From the NCBI GenBank assembly GCA_963674705.1, contig OY771506.1, positions 384,001-448,000 on the forward strand: 64,000 nt of DNA, read 5' to 3'. A program made the translations under genes and the position numbers. Of this stretch, positions 9,651 to 19,371 are shown piece after piece (position 1 is the first letter of the stretch; each line of letters opens with the position of its first letter). This stretch comes from Phycisphaeraceae bacterium (lineage in GTDB: Bacteria > Planctomycetota > Phycisphaerae > Phycisphaerales > Phycisphaeraceae). A model generated the notes under the pieces. The model was not told the DNA's origin. It ran no database searches and saw only the letters and a program-made list of their open reading frames with translations.

Positions 9651-9693
9651 CCCAATCCGCAGCAGCCCGACCCATTGGGGTTACTTCCGGGGG

Positions 9694-9912
9694 TTAGTCG
9701 GCATCGACGGGCTTGAGGGGGCGGTGAAGCATGTGCTTGAGCCGGTTCATATCGCCCTTCTTAGCCACGAACTTACCGCGTAGCCGTCGGCTCTCGTTGC
9801 CGGTCGACACGCTGTTAAGGTGGCTGGTGCCCGCTTTACGGAACTTGACCTTGCCCTTGGCGGTGATCTTCGCGCGCTTGAGCAAACCTTTATGTGACTT
9901 CATCTTGGGCAT
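9694..9912 (-). CDS. rpmI: 50S ribosomal protein L35
   Basis: MPKMKSHKG...KR.KITAKGK; upstream of rplT. Confidence 0.96.
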   Translation of the reverse strand: MPKMKSHKGLLKRAKITAKGKVKFRKAGTSHLNSVSTGNESRRLRGKFVAKKGDMNRLKHMLHRPLKPVDAD

Positions 9913-9957
9913 GGTGGTATCCCGTGGTTGATTGCTACTCGTTCAGTCGAGCCGGGT

Positions 9958-9986
9958 ATTGTAATCGGGGCGGGCTGAGATGCCAA
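9958..9986 (-). promoter_or_regulatory. Sigma-70-type promoter of rpmI-rplT
   Basis: TTGGCA-17 nt-TACAAT on the minus strand. Confidence 0.7.
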
Positions 9987-10429
9987 ATAATTGGCTTGTC
10001 GCCTCCGGCCGGCTAGAGCGGACATGTCCGCCTCCACCCCCTCCCCCCGCATGTATTTATACGCATATCCATTTATCAAAGATCAACTTAACGCATGTCC
10101 GCCCCAAAGGGACAGGACGTCCGCCCCCTTGATTCCGGGCCGTGAGGGCCGATCGAAGTGTCCGGGCGGACACCCGGTGACACGCTGGTCCAGCCGGGCC
10201 GGCACTTCGTGGGAGGCGAAAAAACAGAGCCTCCCTAATAGGGAGCAGGGACCGGGGCTGTGCGCACAACAGCGACCAATCAGATCCACCAGGATTGATG
10301 CATCTGCTCGAAATCGCGGGTGATGTCACGATCGTGATAATAATCTTCGCAGCAACGGCTGAACTCGCGATGAGACTTGCTGAGTTGCTTGAGTTCTGCC
10401 ATAGCATTGGAGCAGAGTATGCCATTGAT

Positions 10430-10510
10430 GGGTGCCACATCTTGATCGCGCAGCGACAAGGTGTGCTGGTACTAGCACACTTTGCTCCCGCGGAGTCAAA
10501 GTGTGGCACC
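10430..10510. repeat. Palindromic dispersed element, family A, copy 2
   Basis: Near-identical to 105-186. Confidence 0.9.
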
Positions 10511-10614
10511 GATCAATTGATAATGTTGGCTTCAAAATGTTTGAACCAGCGATTGATCGCAGATGATGCGTATGGTTGGAGGGACCATACGCGCGTCTGC
10601 GGTTGGCCGTGGCA

Positions 10615-12507
10615 TTAGTGCGGTTTGTCTGTCGGCACATCGACAAACGATGGGTCGGGCAGGTTGGATTGATCTTCCTGCTGCTGATCGCCAGGTGAGG
10701 GTGTCCCCTGGTTTTTGTATCGCTCGGGGATCGGTGAGAGATCGAGTTCGTAGCGCCAGAAGGTCGGGCCGGCGGGTGCTAATGGTTTTTTACCTGCGCT
10801 TGCGACCTGGATGTTGTTCGGATCATTGCGTCGCATCACGACCGTCTGGCACACGGTGGGCCGGATGAAGTGGATGCGTGCGCCGGGGATCAATTCATCA
10901 AAGGCCTGATTGGAAGGAAAGCCGTCCGCGTACAAGCGGGAATCGCCTGCCTGGGTGGCGACGTACACGAGGTGTTTGCTGTCCGGGCTGAAGGTCGGGA
11001 ACTGGACATCGTCGTATTCGCCGAGGACATTGCCGTCGAGTATGACGGCGGGCCGGCCGTAGTTGGATGCCAGGTAGACGATGCGCTGGCTGTCCGGGCT
11101 GAACGCGATCGTGTTCACATCGATCTGGGTGTAGGACGGGTGAGATTTTTCGCCTTCGATCAGTGACCACTGCCCCTGGTCCAGTGCGACATACACAAAA
11201 CGTTTATCGTCGGGGCTGAAGCGTAAGCTGCCGGCGGCGAGTTGCAGGTAGGTGGCCTGTTCCTTGCCGTCGATCACCACCGCCCAGCCGTCGGGCTTGC
11301 GTACCGCGTAGGCGAAGCGACTGCCGTCGGAGCTGAGAGTCAGGCTGTTCTGCCCGATCGCTGTGTACGCGGGGCCGGGCATCTTGTCCCGCACGACCAT
11401 CCACTGCTCATTGCGTTTGAGCACCGCCCAGAGGGTTTGACCATCCGGGCTGATCGCGAGTTGGCCGGGCCGATGTGCTTCGTAGCCACGGACGGGTTTG
11501 TGGTTGCGGTAGACGCGCCAGACCTGGTCCTCACCCATGGCCCAGTAGGCAAATGTTCTGCCGTCGTCGCTGGCGACCGGCGGGGAATCAATCAGATACA
11601 TCCCGGGCCCGGCGGTGTGACGGTCGACGATGTGGTAGCGCCCTTTGTTGAACACGATGTAGAAAACACTGCGTCCATTGGGCACGGTAACGGGAGCGGA
11701 CGCGATGCGGTCCCACTTCGGCCCGGGGTCGCCATTGATGACCATGCGCCATGCGCCGTCGATATGTGCCGGGTACGCAATGATGAACGAGTCCGGCGTG
11801 ACGACGAGGTTGTCCCAGTCCAGTGAGTCGGCCAGTGGATGTGCATATTCACCATCAACGACGAAGCGTTTGTCTTCCTCGCGCGAGAGGTAGTAGGTGC
11901 GGTGGCCATCCGGTGTGAAGCATACGGGCGTGACGGGTTCGTAGGCTTCCAGTCGTTGCTTGCCGTAGAAAAGTGTCCAGCCACTATCACTGATGATCAG
12001 CCCAACGTTCTTGCTATCGGGGGTAAAGGTGGGGTCGGTGCTGTGGATGGATGTGACGACCAGTTTTCCGTTGCATGCGACACTATCGAGGCTCAGGTCG
12101 TGACTGTGGCGTTGTCGGTAGGCAACGGACCCGGAATCGGGGCTGACGCGAAGCGTCTGCATGAGGATATAGCGTTCGGGCTTGTCCGGACCGATTGGTT
12201 TGGTGCGTAAGCGCATGTCCGGCGGTTCGCCCCCCGGCAAAGCTGAGCGTTTCGGCTCTTGATCGGGCTGCTGATCCGGCTGTTGACTGGCTGAGGGCGG
12301 TTGGACGGAGTCGCTGTAGCCGGCGATGGTCTGGATCGAGAACAGCGGCCGGTCGGTTTTTTCGACTACCGGCGCGGATTCAGCGTCCGGGCCTTGCGCC
12401 AGGGGCAGGCCGGGGGTTGAAAGCAGCAGAGCCATGGCTATCGCTTGGGGGATCACGAGCTTTCTCCCATTGATTATCGGACCCATGCCCCATGGATCGG
12501 GGCCCAC
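10615..12507 (-). CDS. Exported TolB/WD40-like beta-propeller repeat protein
   Basis: Signal-like N-terminus; repeated FSPD(S/G)xR/FTPD blades. Confidence 0.8.
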   Translation of the reverse strand: MGPDPWGMGPIINGRKLVIPQAIAMALLLSTPGLPLAQGPDAESAPVVEKTDRPLFSIQTIAGYSDSVQPPSASQQPDQQPDQEPKRSALPGGEPPDMRLRTKPIGPDKPERYILMQTLRVSPDSGSVAYRQRHSHDLSLDSVACNGKLVVTSIHSTDPTFTPDSKNVGLIISDSGWTLFYGKQRLEAYEPVTPVCFTPDGHRTYYLSREEDKRFVVDGEYAHPLADSLDWDNLVVTPDSFIIAYPAHIDGAWRMVINGDPGPKWDRIASAPVTVPNGRSVFYIVFNKGRYHIVDRHTAGPGMYLIDSPPVASDDGRTFAYWAMGEDQVWRVYRNHKPVRGYEAHRPGQLAISPDGQTLWAVLKRNEQWMVVRDKMPGPAYTAIGQNSLTLSSDGSRFAYAVRKPDGWAVVIDGKEQATYLQLAAGSLRFSPDDKRFVYVALDQGQWSLIEGEKSHPSYTQIDVNTIAFSPDSQRIVYLASNYGRPAVILDGNVLGEYDDVQFPTFSPDSKHLVYVATQAGDSRLYADGFPSNQAFDELIPGARIHFIRPTVCQTVVMRRNDPNNIQVASAGKKPLAPAGPTFWRYELDLSPIPERYKNQGTPSPGDQQQEDQSNLPDPSFVDVPTDKPH

Positions 12508-12615
12508 CCCATAAACCGCTATCGGCGTAAAACAGGGGCGGCTTGGGGCCTTTCAGGCTTGCCGCAGCGGCAGGCAGGCGGTAAGTTGTGGTGTTCCAAT
12601 AAGAAGGTGGTTCCC

Positions 12616-13716
12616 ATGAAGGTAATTTGCGATCGTGGCGCGTTGGTCGAGGCCCTGAACGTCATCGGGGGCGTGGTGGCATCCCGCACCCCCCGCCCGG
12701 CGTTAACCTGCGTAAAAATCCATGCCCACAAGGATGGCCTGAGCCTGTCGGCGACCGACGGCGAGGTGTCCCTGCGCCTGGCGGACGCCCGTGTCGAGGT
12801 GTCCGAGCCCGGTGATGCGCTGATCCCCGCGGATAAGCTCCAGCAGATCGTCCGTGAGTCGATCGATCCGACGCTGACGCTGCACACCGAGCAGGATGTC
12901 GCCCACATCACCGGCCAGGACTCGAAGTTCAAGGTGTTCGGCCAGCCTGCGGGTGACTTCCCGACGATCCCCACTTTCAAAGGCGATGCTGACTTTGAAA
13001 TCACCGCCGGCGAATTGCACCGGCTGATCGCGATGACGATTTTCGCCACCGCACGGGAAAACAGCCGGTACGCGATCAACGGCGTACTCGTCGAGCGTGA
13101 CAAGAAGAAACTCGTCGTCGTTGCGACGGACGGGCACCGGTTGGCCCTGGCCAAGGGTTCGTGCAAGAGTTCGACGGACCAGGCGGCCACAGCGATCGTG
13201 CCGACCAAGGCGCTGAACCTGCTGCTGCGGCTGTTTGACGATGCGGAGCAGACCGTCCGAGTGAAGATCGCGGACAGCCAGATCCTGTTCGCGACGGATA
13301 AGGCGGAGCTTTCGTCGAATCTCGTGGATGGCAACTTCCCGCCGTACAAGGACGTCGTGCCGAAGGACGGCGACAAGAAGGCGACGCTGTCGACGGACCT
13401 GTTCATCAGCGGCGTGCGGCGTGCAGCCCTTTTGACCAACGAAGAATCCAAGGGCGTACGTATGGCGTTCTCGCCGGGTGGGCTGACGCTGCGTAGCCGT
13501 GCGCCTGAGATGGGTGAAGCGGAGATCAACGTCGACCTGGCCGAGTATACCGGTGAAGACCTGGAAATCGGGTTCAATCCGGGTTATCTGCTGGATGCGC
13601 TGAAGGTGGTGGATGAGAACCAGGTCCAGCTTGAATTCAACGCGGCGAACAAGCCGGGCGTGATGAAGACCGGCCCGAACTTCCTGTACGTGATTATGCC
13701 GGTGAATCTGCAGTAA
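12616..13716 (+). CDS. dnaN: DNA polymerase III beta clamp
   Basis: SATDGE, RYAINGV, VATDGHRLA, IGFNPGYLLD and YVIMPV motifs; ATG at 12616 chosen as start. Confidence 0.97.
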   Translation: MKVICDRGALVEALNVIGGVVASRTPRPALTCVKIHAHKDGLSLSATDGEVSLRLADARVEVSEPGDALIPADKLQQIVRESIDPTLTLHTEQDVAHITGQDSKFKVFGQPAGDFPTIPTFKGDADFEITAGELHRLIAMTIFATARENSRYAINGVLVERDKKKLVVVATDGHRLALAKGSCKSSTDQAATAIVPTKALNLLLRLFDDAEQTVRVKIADSQILFATDKAELSSNLVDGNFPPYKDVVPKDGDKKATLSTDLFISGVRRAALLTNEESKGVRMAFSPGGLTLRSRAPEMGEAEINVDLAEYTGEDLEIGFNPGYLLDALKVVDENQVQLEFNAANKPGVMKTGPNFLYVIMPVNLQ

Positions 13717-13752
13717 TTGCTGTTGCACCGTGTCTGAGCTTGATGCTCTGGA

Positions 13753-13863
13753 CAACGCCGGGTCTGAGAGCCGCGAAGCGGATCGAGGGTGCGGGTGACT
13801 GGAAGAATTTCGCAGTGGTCGGTAGAGACCCGGCCCTTCGCTTTGCTCAGAACCGGCGTTGGG
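13753..13863. repeat. REP-B doublet away from its transposase
   Basis: Inverted variant at 13753-13795 plus forward copy GACCCGGCCCTTCGCTTTGCTCAGAACCGGCGTTGGG. Confidence 0.85.
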
Positions 13864-13915
13864 TGGGAATGATGTTTGTTGAATACTCCCGGGGGCGTGG
13901 GGTCGGAGGTTTGCC

Positions 13916-14194
13916 ATGCCTGAAACGTTTGGTTGGACGGATATCGAGGACATTGTGCTGTCGCTGGATGAAGCTCATCCGGATGTTGATCCACTGAGTG
14001 TGCGATTTACCGAACTGCGGAAGATGGTCGAGGCGTTGGAAGACTTCGAGGCGGAGCCCGGCCACAACGTGAATGAGCAGATCCTGGAGGCGATCCAGGC
14101 CGGCTGGCACGAGGAACGGCAGGAGCAGGCGGCCCTGGACCGTGATGAAGACGATGAAGAAGACGGCTACGAGCCCAACCGGCCGTTCCGTTGA
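13916..14194 (+). CDS. iscX: Fe-S cluster assembly protein IscX
   Basis: WTDIEDI, HPDVDPLSVRFTEL and NEQILEAIQxxW motifs; acidic. Confidence 0.9.
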   Translation: MPETFGWTDIEDIVLSLDEAHPDVDPLSVRFTELRKMVEALEDFEAEPGHNVNEQILEAIQAGWHEERQEQAALDRDEDDEEDGYEPNRPFR

Positions 14195-14296
14195 GGATAC
14201 GCAACTCTTCTAAGGGCGTGTGAACAACGTTAATTCATCTTTTTTTCTGCTACTGCCCGCACTTACGCCGCTGGATCGGCTAAAGTATGTCAGTTC

Positions 14297-14995
14297 ATGA
14301 AGACAGCAGAAATGACAGCCCCTGCCCCCGATCAGGCGGTTGCCGTGGCTGACGCGGCCCCTGACCCCGTGGATACAAAAGAGTCTCCACGGCCAGTTCC
14401 GCTGCGCGCCAGGCACGAGGAGCCAAAGGTCGGCTGGTTCAAGCGCCGGATCCTGAACATGGAGGCCCGGATTTCCCGGCTGTCGACCAAAAATAACTTC
14501 TGGCACCGCGTCTGCTCCTGGATTTTTCTGCCGTTGGCGTTTCGAAGTGGTGTGAAGTTCAAGCACGTCGCGAAGGATTCGTTCTCCGTCATCCTGCCCT
14601 TCCGGCGGTTCAACAAGAACTGGTATTCCGCGATGGCGGGCGCGTCGCTGCTGGGCAACTCCGAAGTTGCCGGGGGCATGTTCGTCTTCACCAAGTGCGG
14701 CGGGGACTACACCGTCGTCTGCAAGCACCTCGATTACAAATTCCTCCGCCCCTGCTACGGCCCGGCGATCTACAACATCGAGCCGCAAGAAGACCTCGAA
14801 GCGCTCATCAAAGAAGGCGGCGAGTTCAACATCACACTCGACATGACCGTCAAGCAGGCGGTGCACAAGAAAGACAAAGCTGAGCCGCGCGTCGGCAAGG
14901 CCGTCATCACATTCCATGTCACGCCGAAGGCCCAGGCACGGGCGCGCTGGCAACGACGGTTGCAGCGGCTGCACGCGAAGGCGGAGAAGAAGTAA
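14297..14995 (+). CDS. Hot-dog fold / thioesterase-like protein
   Basis: NKNWYSAMAGASL and LDYKFLRP resemble PaaI-type strands. Confidence 0.6.
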   Translation: MKTAEMTAPAPDQAVAVADAAPDPVDTKESPRPVPLRARHEEPKVGWFKRRILNMEARISRLSTKNNFWHRVCSWIFLPLAFRSGVKFKHVAKDSFSVILPFRRFNKNWYSAMAGASLLGNSEVAGGMFVFTKCGGDYTVVCKHLDYKFLRPCYGPAIYNIEPQEDLEALIKEGGEFNITLDMTVKQAVHKKDKAEPRVGKAVITFHVTPKAQARARWQRRLQRLHAKAEKK

Positions 14996-15122
14996 GAGTC
15001 CCCACACGAATCTATTTCAATGCACCCGTTTAGCGTGGCGACTTGTCGCCACATCGGGCAGCAAGCTGCCCGGCTAAACGGGATGGATATCCTTTGGCGT
15101 TGAAAGCGGTACACTCTAATGC

Positions 15123-16352
15123 ATGTCCGACGTGGTGAACGAAACAATGAATGATGCCCCCCTGCCGGCGTCGATGCGTGGCGGGATGGCGGCGATGATG
15201 TGGGCGGTATTTCTGGGTTGCTCGTGGACGTGGGTGATCGGGATGTACCTGCCGGTGCTGCTGGTGCGGGATTACGGTTTGTGGGGGTGGGTCGTGTTTG
15301 CGGTGCCGAACGTGCTGGGGGCGGCGGCGATGGGGTTTGTGCTTAAAGACCCCGAGACCAGCCGGCGGCTGGTGAAAAAGCATCTGACGGCCTGTCGATG
15401 GTTCGGGCTGGTGACGGTGGCGTACCAGGCGTACCTGATCGGTGCGTTTGCCGGGCCCATCGGACTGGTGATTGCGGGACTGGTAGCGGTCGGGATTCTG
15501 CTACTGGGCAAGACGCACACCATCCGCGACACTTTTTCGGCTTTGATCGTGTTCGCGATCTCGCTGGGGCTGTTCGCTTATGCACAATCCACGGGCAACC
15601 TGTGGAAAGACCTGTCGGCTGTGGAATTCACGGGCAGACTCACGCCGATGCACCTGCTGATGTTCGTGCCGGCGGCGGTGTTCGGGTTTGCACTGTGCCC
15701 GTATCTGGACCTGACGTTCCATCGTGCACGGCAGGCGACCGATGCGAAGACGGGGCGGATCGCGTTTGCGGTGGGCTTCGGCATCGTGTTCTTCTCGATG
15801 ATCATCTTCTCGCTTGCGTACGCAGGCGCGTTCGAGAATGTCACGGCCACGAAAGGCATCGAGTATGCCCCCAAGCTCTGGCCCGTGCTGCTAAGCCAAC
15901 TCGTCGTTCAGGGCGGCTTCACCGCGGCGGTGCACCTGCGCAGCCTGCGGAGCCCGGAGAACAGGCGTGCGGAGTTCGGACTGTTCGTCGCGGTCTTTCT
16001 CGGCCTGATACTCGGACTCGGCGCTCTTCTGATGGACCGTGAGCCGGGCCCGTGGCGGGACTGGACATTCGTCACCAGCGTGACGGAACTGGGCTACCGC
16101 GGCTTCCTGCTGCTGTATGGCACGGTCTTTCCTGCCTATGTTCTCATCTGCATGACGCCGACTTACCGACAGGTTTCTCACAAATCCAGAATCCTTCTCT
16201 TCGCGATCGTCGCTGCGTTAAGCTATCCGTTGGCCTGTACGGCCTTCATCGCCAACCGAGCCGGCTGGGTCCTGCCGATCCTGGTAATTATCGTGATTGG
16301 GCGGGTGGTGGTGGAGTGGTTGCCGAGCAGGGAAGAGATCGCTGATCTCTGA
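15123..16352 (+). CDS. Multi-pass membrane protein, possibly transporter-like
   Basis: About a dozen hydrophobic segments; SWTW motif near the N-terminus. Confidence 0.7.
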   Translation: MSDVVNETMNDAPLPASMRGGMAAMMWAVFLGCSWTWVIGMYLPVLLVRDYGLWGWVVFAVPNVLGAAAMGFVLKDPETSRRLVKKHLTACRWFGLVTVAYQAYLIGAFAGPIGLVIAGLVAVGILLLGKTHTIRDTFSALIVFAISLGLFAYAQSTGNLWKDLSAVEFTGRLTPMHLLMFVPAAVFGFALCPYLDLTFHRARQATDAKTGRIAFAVGFGIVFFSMIIFSLAYAGAFENVTATKGIEYAPKLWPVLLSQLVVQGGFTAAVHLRSLRSPENRRAEFGLFVAVFLGLILGLGALLMDREPGPWRDWTFVTSVTELGYRGFLLLYGTVFPAYVLICMTPTYRQVSHKSRILLFAIVAALSYPLACTAFIANRAGWVLPILVIIVIGRVVVEWLPSREEIADL

Positions 16353-16452
16353 TCGCTGATTGTTAATTTGGAAAGAGCGCTGAGGTGTGAGTGCTTAGTG
16401 CTGAGGTTTTTGGCGATTACAGATTACAGATTGAACATCGAACATTGAACAT
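16337..16452. repeat. Cluster of different heptamer tandem repeats
   Basis: GATCGCT/GATCTCT, GTGCTGA-like, GATTACA x2 and GAACATC/GAACATT arrays back to back. Confidence 0.75.
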
Positions 16453-16456
16453 ACAA

Positions 16457-16493
16457 GAGGCCCGGCCCTTCGCTTCGCTCAGAACCGGCGTTG
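16457..16493 (+). repeat. REP-like element, family B
   Basis: GAGGCCCGGCCCTTCGCTTCGCTCAGAACCGGCGTTG. Confidence 0.88.
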
Positions 16494-16527
16494 CCCCCGG
16501 AAGTGGAGCCCTGATGTAGTCCTCTAA

Positions 16528-16562
16528 ACCGATACCCGAAACCCGATACCCGAATCCCGACC
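16528..16562. repeat. CCCGA(TA/AA/AT) heptamer array directly before a start codon
   Basis: CCGATA CCCGAAA CCCGATA CCCGAAT CCCGACC; same unit as the tilS and mnmA inserts. Confidence 0.85.
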
Positions 16563-16563
16563 T

Positions 16564-17907
16564 ATGCCCTTTACTAAAAGCCGACTTTCGTTCTGCCGTT
16601 TTTCTGTGACAGGGGATGCACCGACTTTAGCTGATGAGACCGCGATCGCGATCCTCAATGAGCACGGATTCAAAGAAACCGAGATCGGTGCGCCGGATGA
16701 AGTCGAAGCGGGATTCGTCACCGGCGAGCACATCCTCGATACACGTTTCAGCTATGAAAAGAACGGCTTCGGCGATGCGCTGCTGTTTGCGATGCGCATC
16801 GACACGCACAAGGTGCCCAGCGACCTGAAGCAGGCGTATCGCAAGATCAACGAAGATGCCGCGGCTGCGGGGAATCCATCCGGCTTTGCTTCCAAGGCCC
16901 AGAAGAAAGATGCCAAGGATGAAGCGGAGCGTCAGCTTCGTGAGGACCTCGCGGACGGCAAGTTCCGCCGATCCAAGATGGTGGAGGTCTTGTGGGATTT
17001 GCCATCGCAAACCATCTACGTGTCGGCGACGGGCAACACGATCCTCGAACAACTGGCGAAACTGATGAAGCAGGCTTTCGCGGTGGACCTGCAATACCAA
17101 AGCTCAGGCACGCTGGCCGGTCGGCTGCTGCGCGGCTCGGGCAAAGGGCGCGACTACGAAGACCTGCGCCCAAGCGCCTTTACCGCCCCACCACCCGGCG
17201 CGACCGATGTGCATGATGATGCTCCAACTTCCGGGGGTGGCAACTACATCGAGGGCCCGCAGGACATCAACACGCCGCTGGTGCCGTGGATCGTTAAGAG
17301 CGTCGACCTGAAGGATTTTCTGGGCAATGAATTCCTCTTCTGGCTGTGGTGGCTGAGCGAAACCAAGGAAGGCACGCTGAACGCCACGGATGAACATGGC
17401 AACAAGCACGAAGTATTCATCGCGATCGACAAGGCGCTGGATATGGACTGTGCGTGGGATGCCGGCGGCAAGCAGACGCTCCGAGCCGCCGGCCCGACAC
17501 GCCTGATTGAAGCGGGTGACGCGCTGGCGACCGGCAAGTGGCCACGCAAGCTCGGGCTGATCCTCTCCGATGGCGAGCACCAGTGGGAGCTTGGCTTCCA
17601 GGGCGATCAGTGGGCCGTCTCCAGCGCCCTGCTGCCGACCATCGAAGACGCTTCCAGCCCTCGCGAACAGCTCGAACAACGCCTGCTGATGGCCCGCTCG
17701 TTGGCCGGGGCGATCGAGGGCATGTACCGCACGTTTTTGAATATCCGCGTCAGCGAGAAGTGGTCGGCCCAGCGGGCGGAGATCCGCAAGTGGATCACGG
17801 GCCGACTGACCAAGCGCACGCAGAAGCTGGAACCGGTCATCACCGTGTCATCCGATTCGATAAAACCCATCACGGTGCCCGAATCGGTATCATCTGAGGA
17901 CACATGA
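16564..17907 (+). CDS. RdgC-like recombination-associated protein
   Basis: SxSFCRFSV start, MRIDTHKVP and FLGNEFLFWLWW resemble divergent RdgC-family proteins. Confidence 0.65.
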   Translation: MPFTKSRLSFCRFSVTGDAPTLADETAIAILNEHGFKETEIGAPDEVEAGFVTGEHILDTRFSYEKNGFGDALLFAMRIDTHKVPSDLKQAYRKINEDAAAAGNPSGFASKAQKKDAKDEAERQLREDLADGKFRRSKMVEVLWDLPSQTIYVSATGNTILEQLAKLMKQAFAVDLQYQSSGTLAGRLLRGSGKGRDYEDLRPSAFTAPPPGATDVHDDAPTSGGGNYIEGPQDINTPLVPWIVKSVDLKDFLGNEFLFWLWWLSETKEGTLNATDEHGNKHEVFIAIDKALDMDCAWDAGGKQTLRAAGPTRLIEAGDALATGKWPRKLGLILSDGEHQWELGFQGDQWAVSSALLPTIEDASSPREQLEQRLLMARSLAGAIEGMYRTFLNIRVSEKWSAQRAEIRKWITGRLTKRTQKLEPVITVSSDSIKPITVPESVSSEDT

Positions 17908-17936
17908 TCCACTGATTTACACTCCGGAGACCTCTC

Positions 17937-19271
17937 GTGATTATCGGGGAAATTGCGCTAGCGTTCGCATCACTGATCTATGTGATGGTGTTGTGTGTCG
18001 GCCTGATGGTCGAACTGATTGTCACCGGCATGTCGTTGTTGCTCGAACTGCTGTTCTGGCTGATCGCTTACCGTAGTGTAAAAAGCAAGTCGGATGAAGA
18101 ACGCGTCGAGGCGGTCAAACAGCTCAAATCCGTCTCCCTGACCCGTAGCAAGTGGGCCAAGCGCGTCGCCATCGTGTCCGGCATCGCCCTTGTCTGCACC
18201 GTCGGTTTTGTTCTCATCCTCAATACGTTCTTCTTCGAGCCGACCGCGCGCATGCTGATCAATGCCGCCGCGACCAAGGCCGGCGCTACAGTCACGTTCA
18301 ACCAGGCGGATGGCAACCTGTTTACGGGGCGGATCGAATTGCAGGACGTTACGATTATTCGGCAACAGCACTCGACCACCAACGTCGACCTGCACGCCGA
18401 CACATTAATCCTCGACCTGAACCTGACCGCGATGGCGTGGGGCAAAAAAAACGTTGAGTTTGCCGAGGCAAACAATCTTACGGGCACAGTCGACCGCGTC
18501 GGCGCGGGGCCCAAGCAGCCCTGGTTTTCCCGCCCGAATATTGTGATCGATGAACTTCTGATCAACGATGTTGATATCACCTTCAACGACCACACGCGCA
18601 ACAATCCGGTCACGCTGGACCTGCTGATCGATCACTGGCGCAGCGAACCGATCTACAGCCGATGGTTTGTCTTTAACATGCTCTTCCACACCAATGCGAG
18701 GGGCAGTATCAACGGTGCGAACTTCGAGCTGGATTCAAACCACTCCCCCACTCAGGGCCAGGCCAACTGGGCGTTCCGGAAAGTGCCCGCCGATCTTGCC
18801 GGGCTCGTTATCGGGGGTCCGCTCACGCTGCTCGATGCGGGTGAGGTCGACATCGACATCAAGAACCGCTGGGGCACGAACTCACGGCTGGTAATGGACT
18901 GGGCCTTTACGCTGCGCGACCCCCACGCCACGACGCCGTCTCACCTGACCGGCTCGATGAAGAAGCTGGCCGACACGACCGTCACGTTCATCAACAAGCA
19001 GGAAGAGGACATCAAGCTCGCGTTCACGCTGGACCACGACCAGAACGACTTCAAGGGCACCGCCTCGGTGCAGGCGACGGGCCTGGTGAAAAACGTGGCG
19101 GAGTCGCTGGTGGAGGAGCTGAAAAAATCCGCGGTCGCCGCGATGGCGGGCGGGGCCGAGAAAGTTCAGGAAGGGGCTGACAAGGTCAAGTCATACTTCA
19201 AAGAGCGGTTTAAACGCGATGAGGGCGAAAATTCAGAAGAATCTGAGCCCGAATCCGGCAGCACGGAATAA
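17937..19271 (+). CDS. Membrane-anchored hypothetical protein (AsmA-like beta-rich domain)
   Basis: N-terminal hydrophobic helices followed by GNLFTGRIELQDV and a beta-rich region. Confidence 0.6.
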   Translation: MIIGEIALAFASLIYVMVLCVGLMVELIVTGMSLLLELLFWLIAYRSVKSKSDEERVEAVKQLKSVSLTRSKWAKRVAIVSGIALVCTVGFVLILNTFFFEPTARMLINAAATKAGATVTFNQADGNLFTGRIELQDVTIIRQQHSTTNVDLHADTLILDLNLTAMAWGKKNVEFAEANNLTGTVDRVGAGPKQPWFSRPNIVIDELLINDVDITFNDHTRNNPVTLDLLIDHWRSEPIYSRWFVFNMLFHTNARGSINGANFELDSNHSPTQGQANWAFRKVPADLAGLVIGGPLTLLDAGEVDIDIKNRWGTNSRLVMDWAFTLRDPHATTPSHLTGSMKKLADTTVTFINKQEEDIKLAFTLDHDQNDFKGTASVQATGLVKNVAESLVEELKKSAVAAMAGGAEKVQEGADKVKSYFKERFKRDEGENSEESEPESGSTE

Positions 19272-19371
19272 CGTGAAAATCTACAAAAATCGCCCCTGAG
19301 GGGCCGAAATCCGGCTTGCGACCGTATTATTATAGTATAATGCCGGGCTTAACCCTGTTGGAGAAATAATC

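Noticed and set aside
10295..10618. 107-aa ORF
   Set aside because: Runs through repeat family A and has no recognisable motif.
12508..12615. oriC next to dnaN
   Set aside because: No dnaA and no TTATCCACA-type box cluster; the spacer is short and GC-rich.
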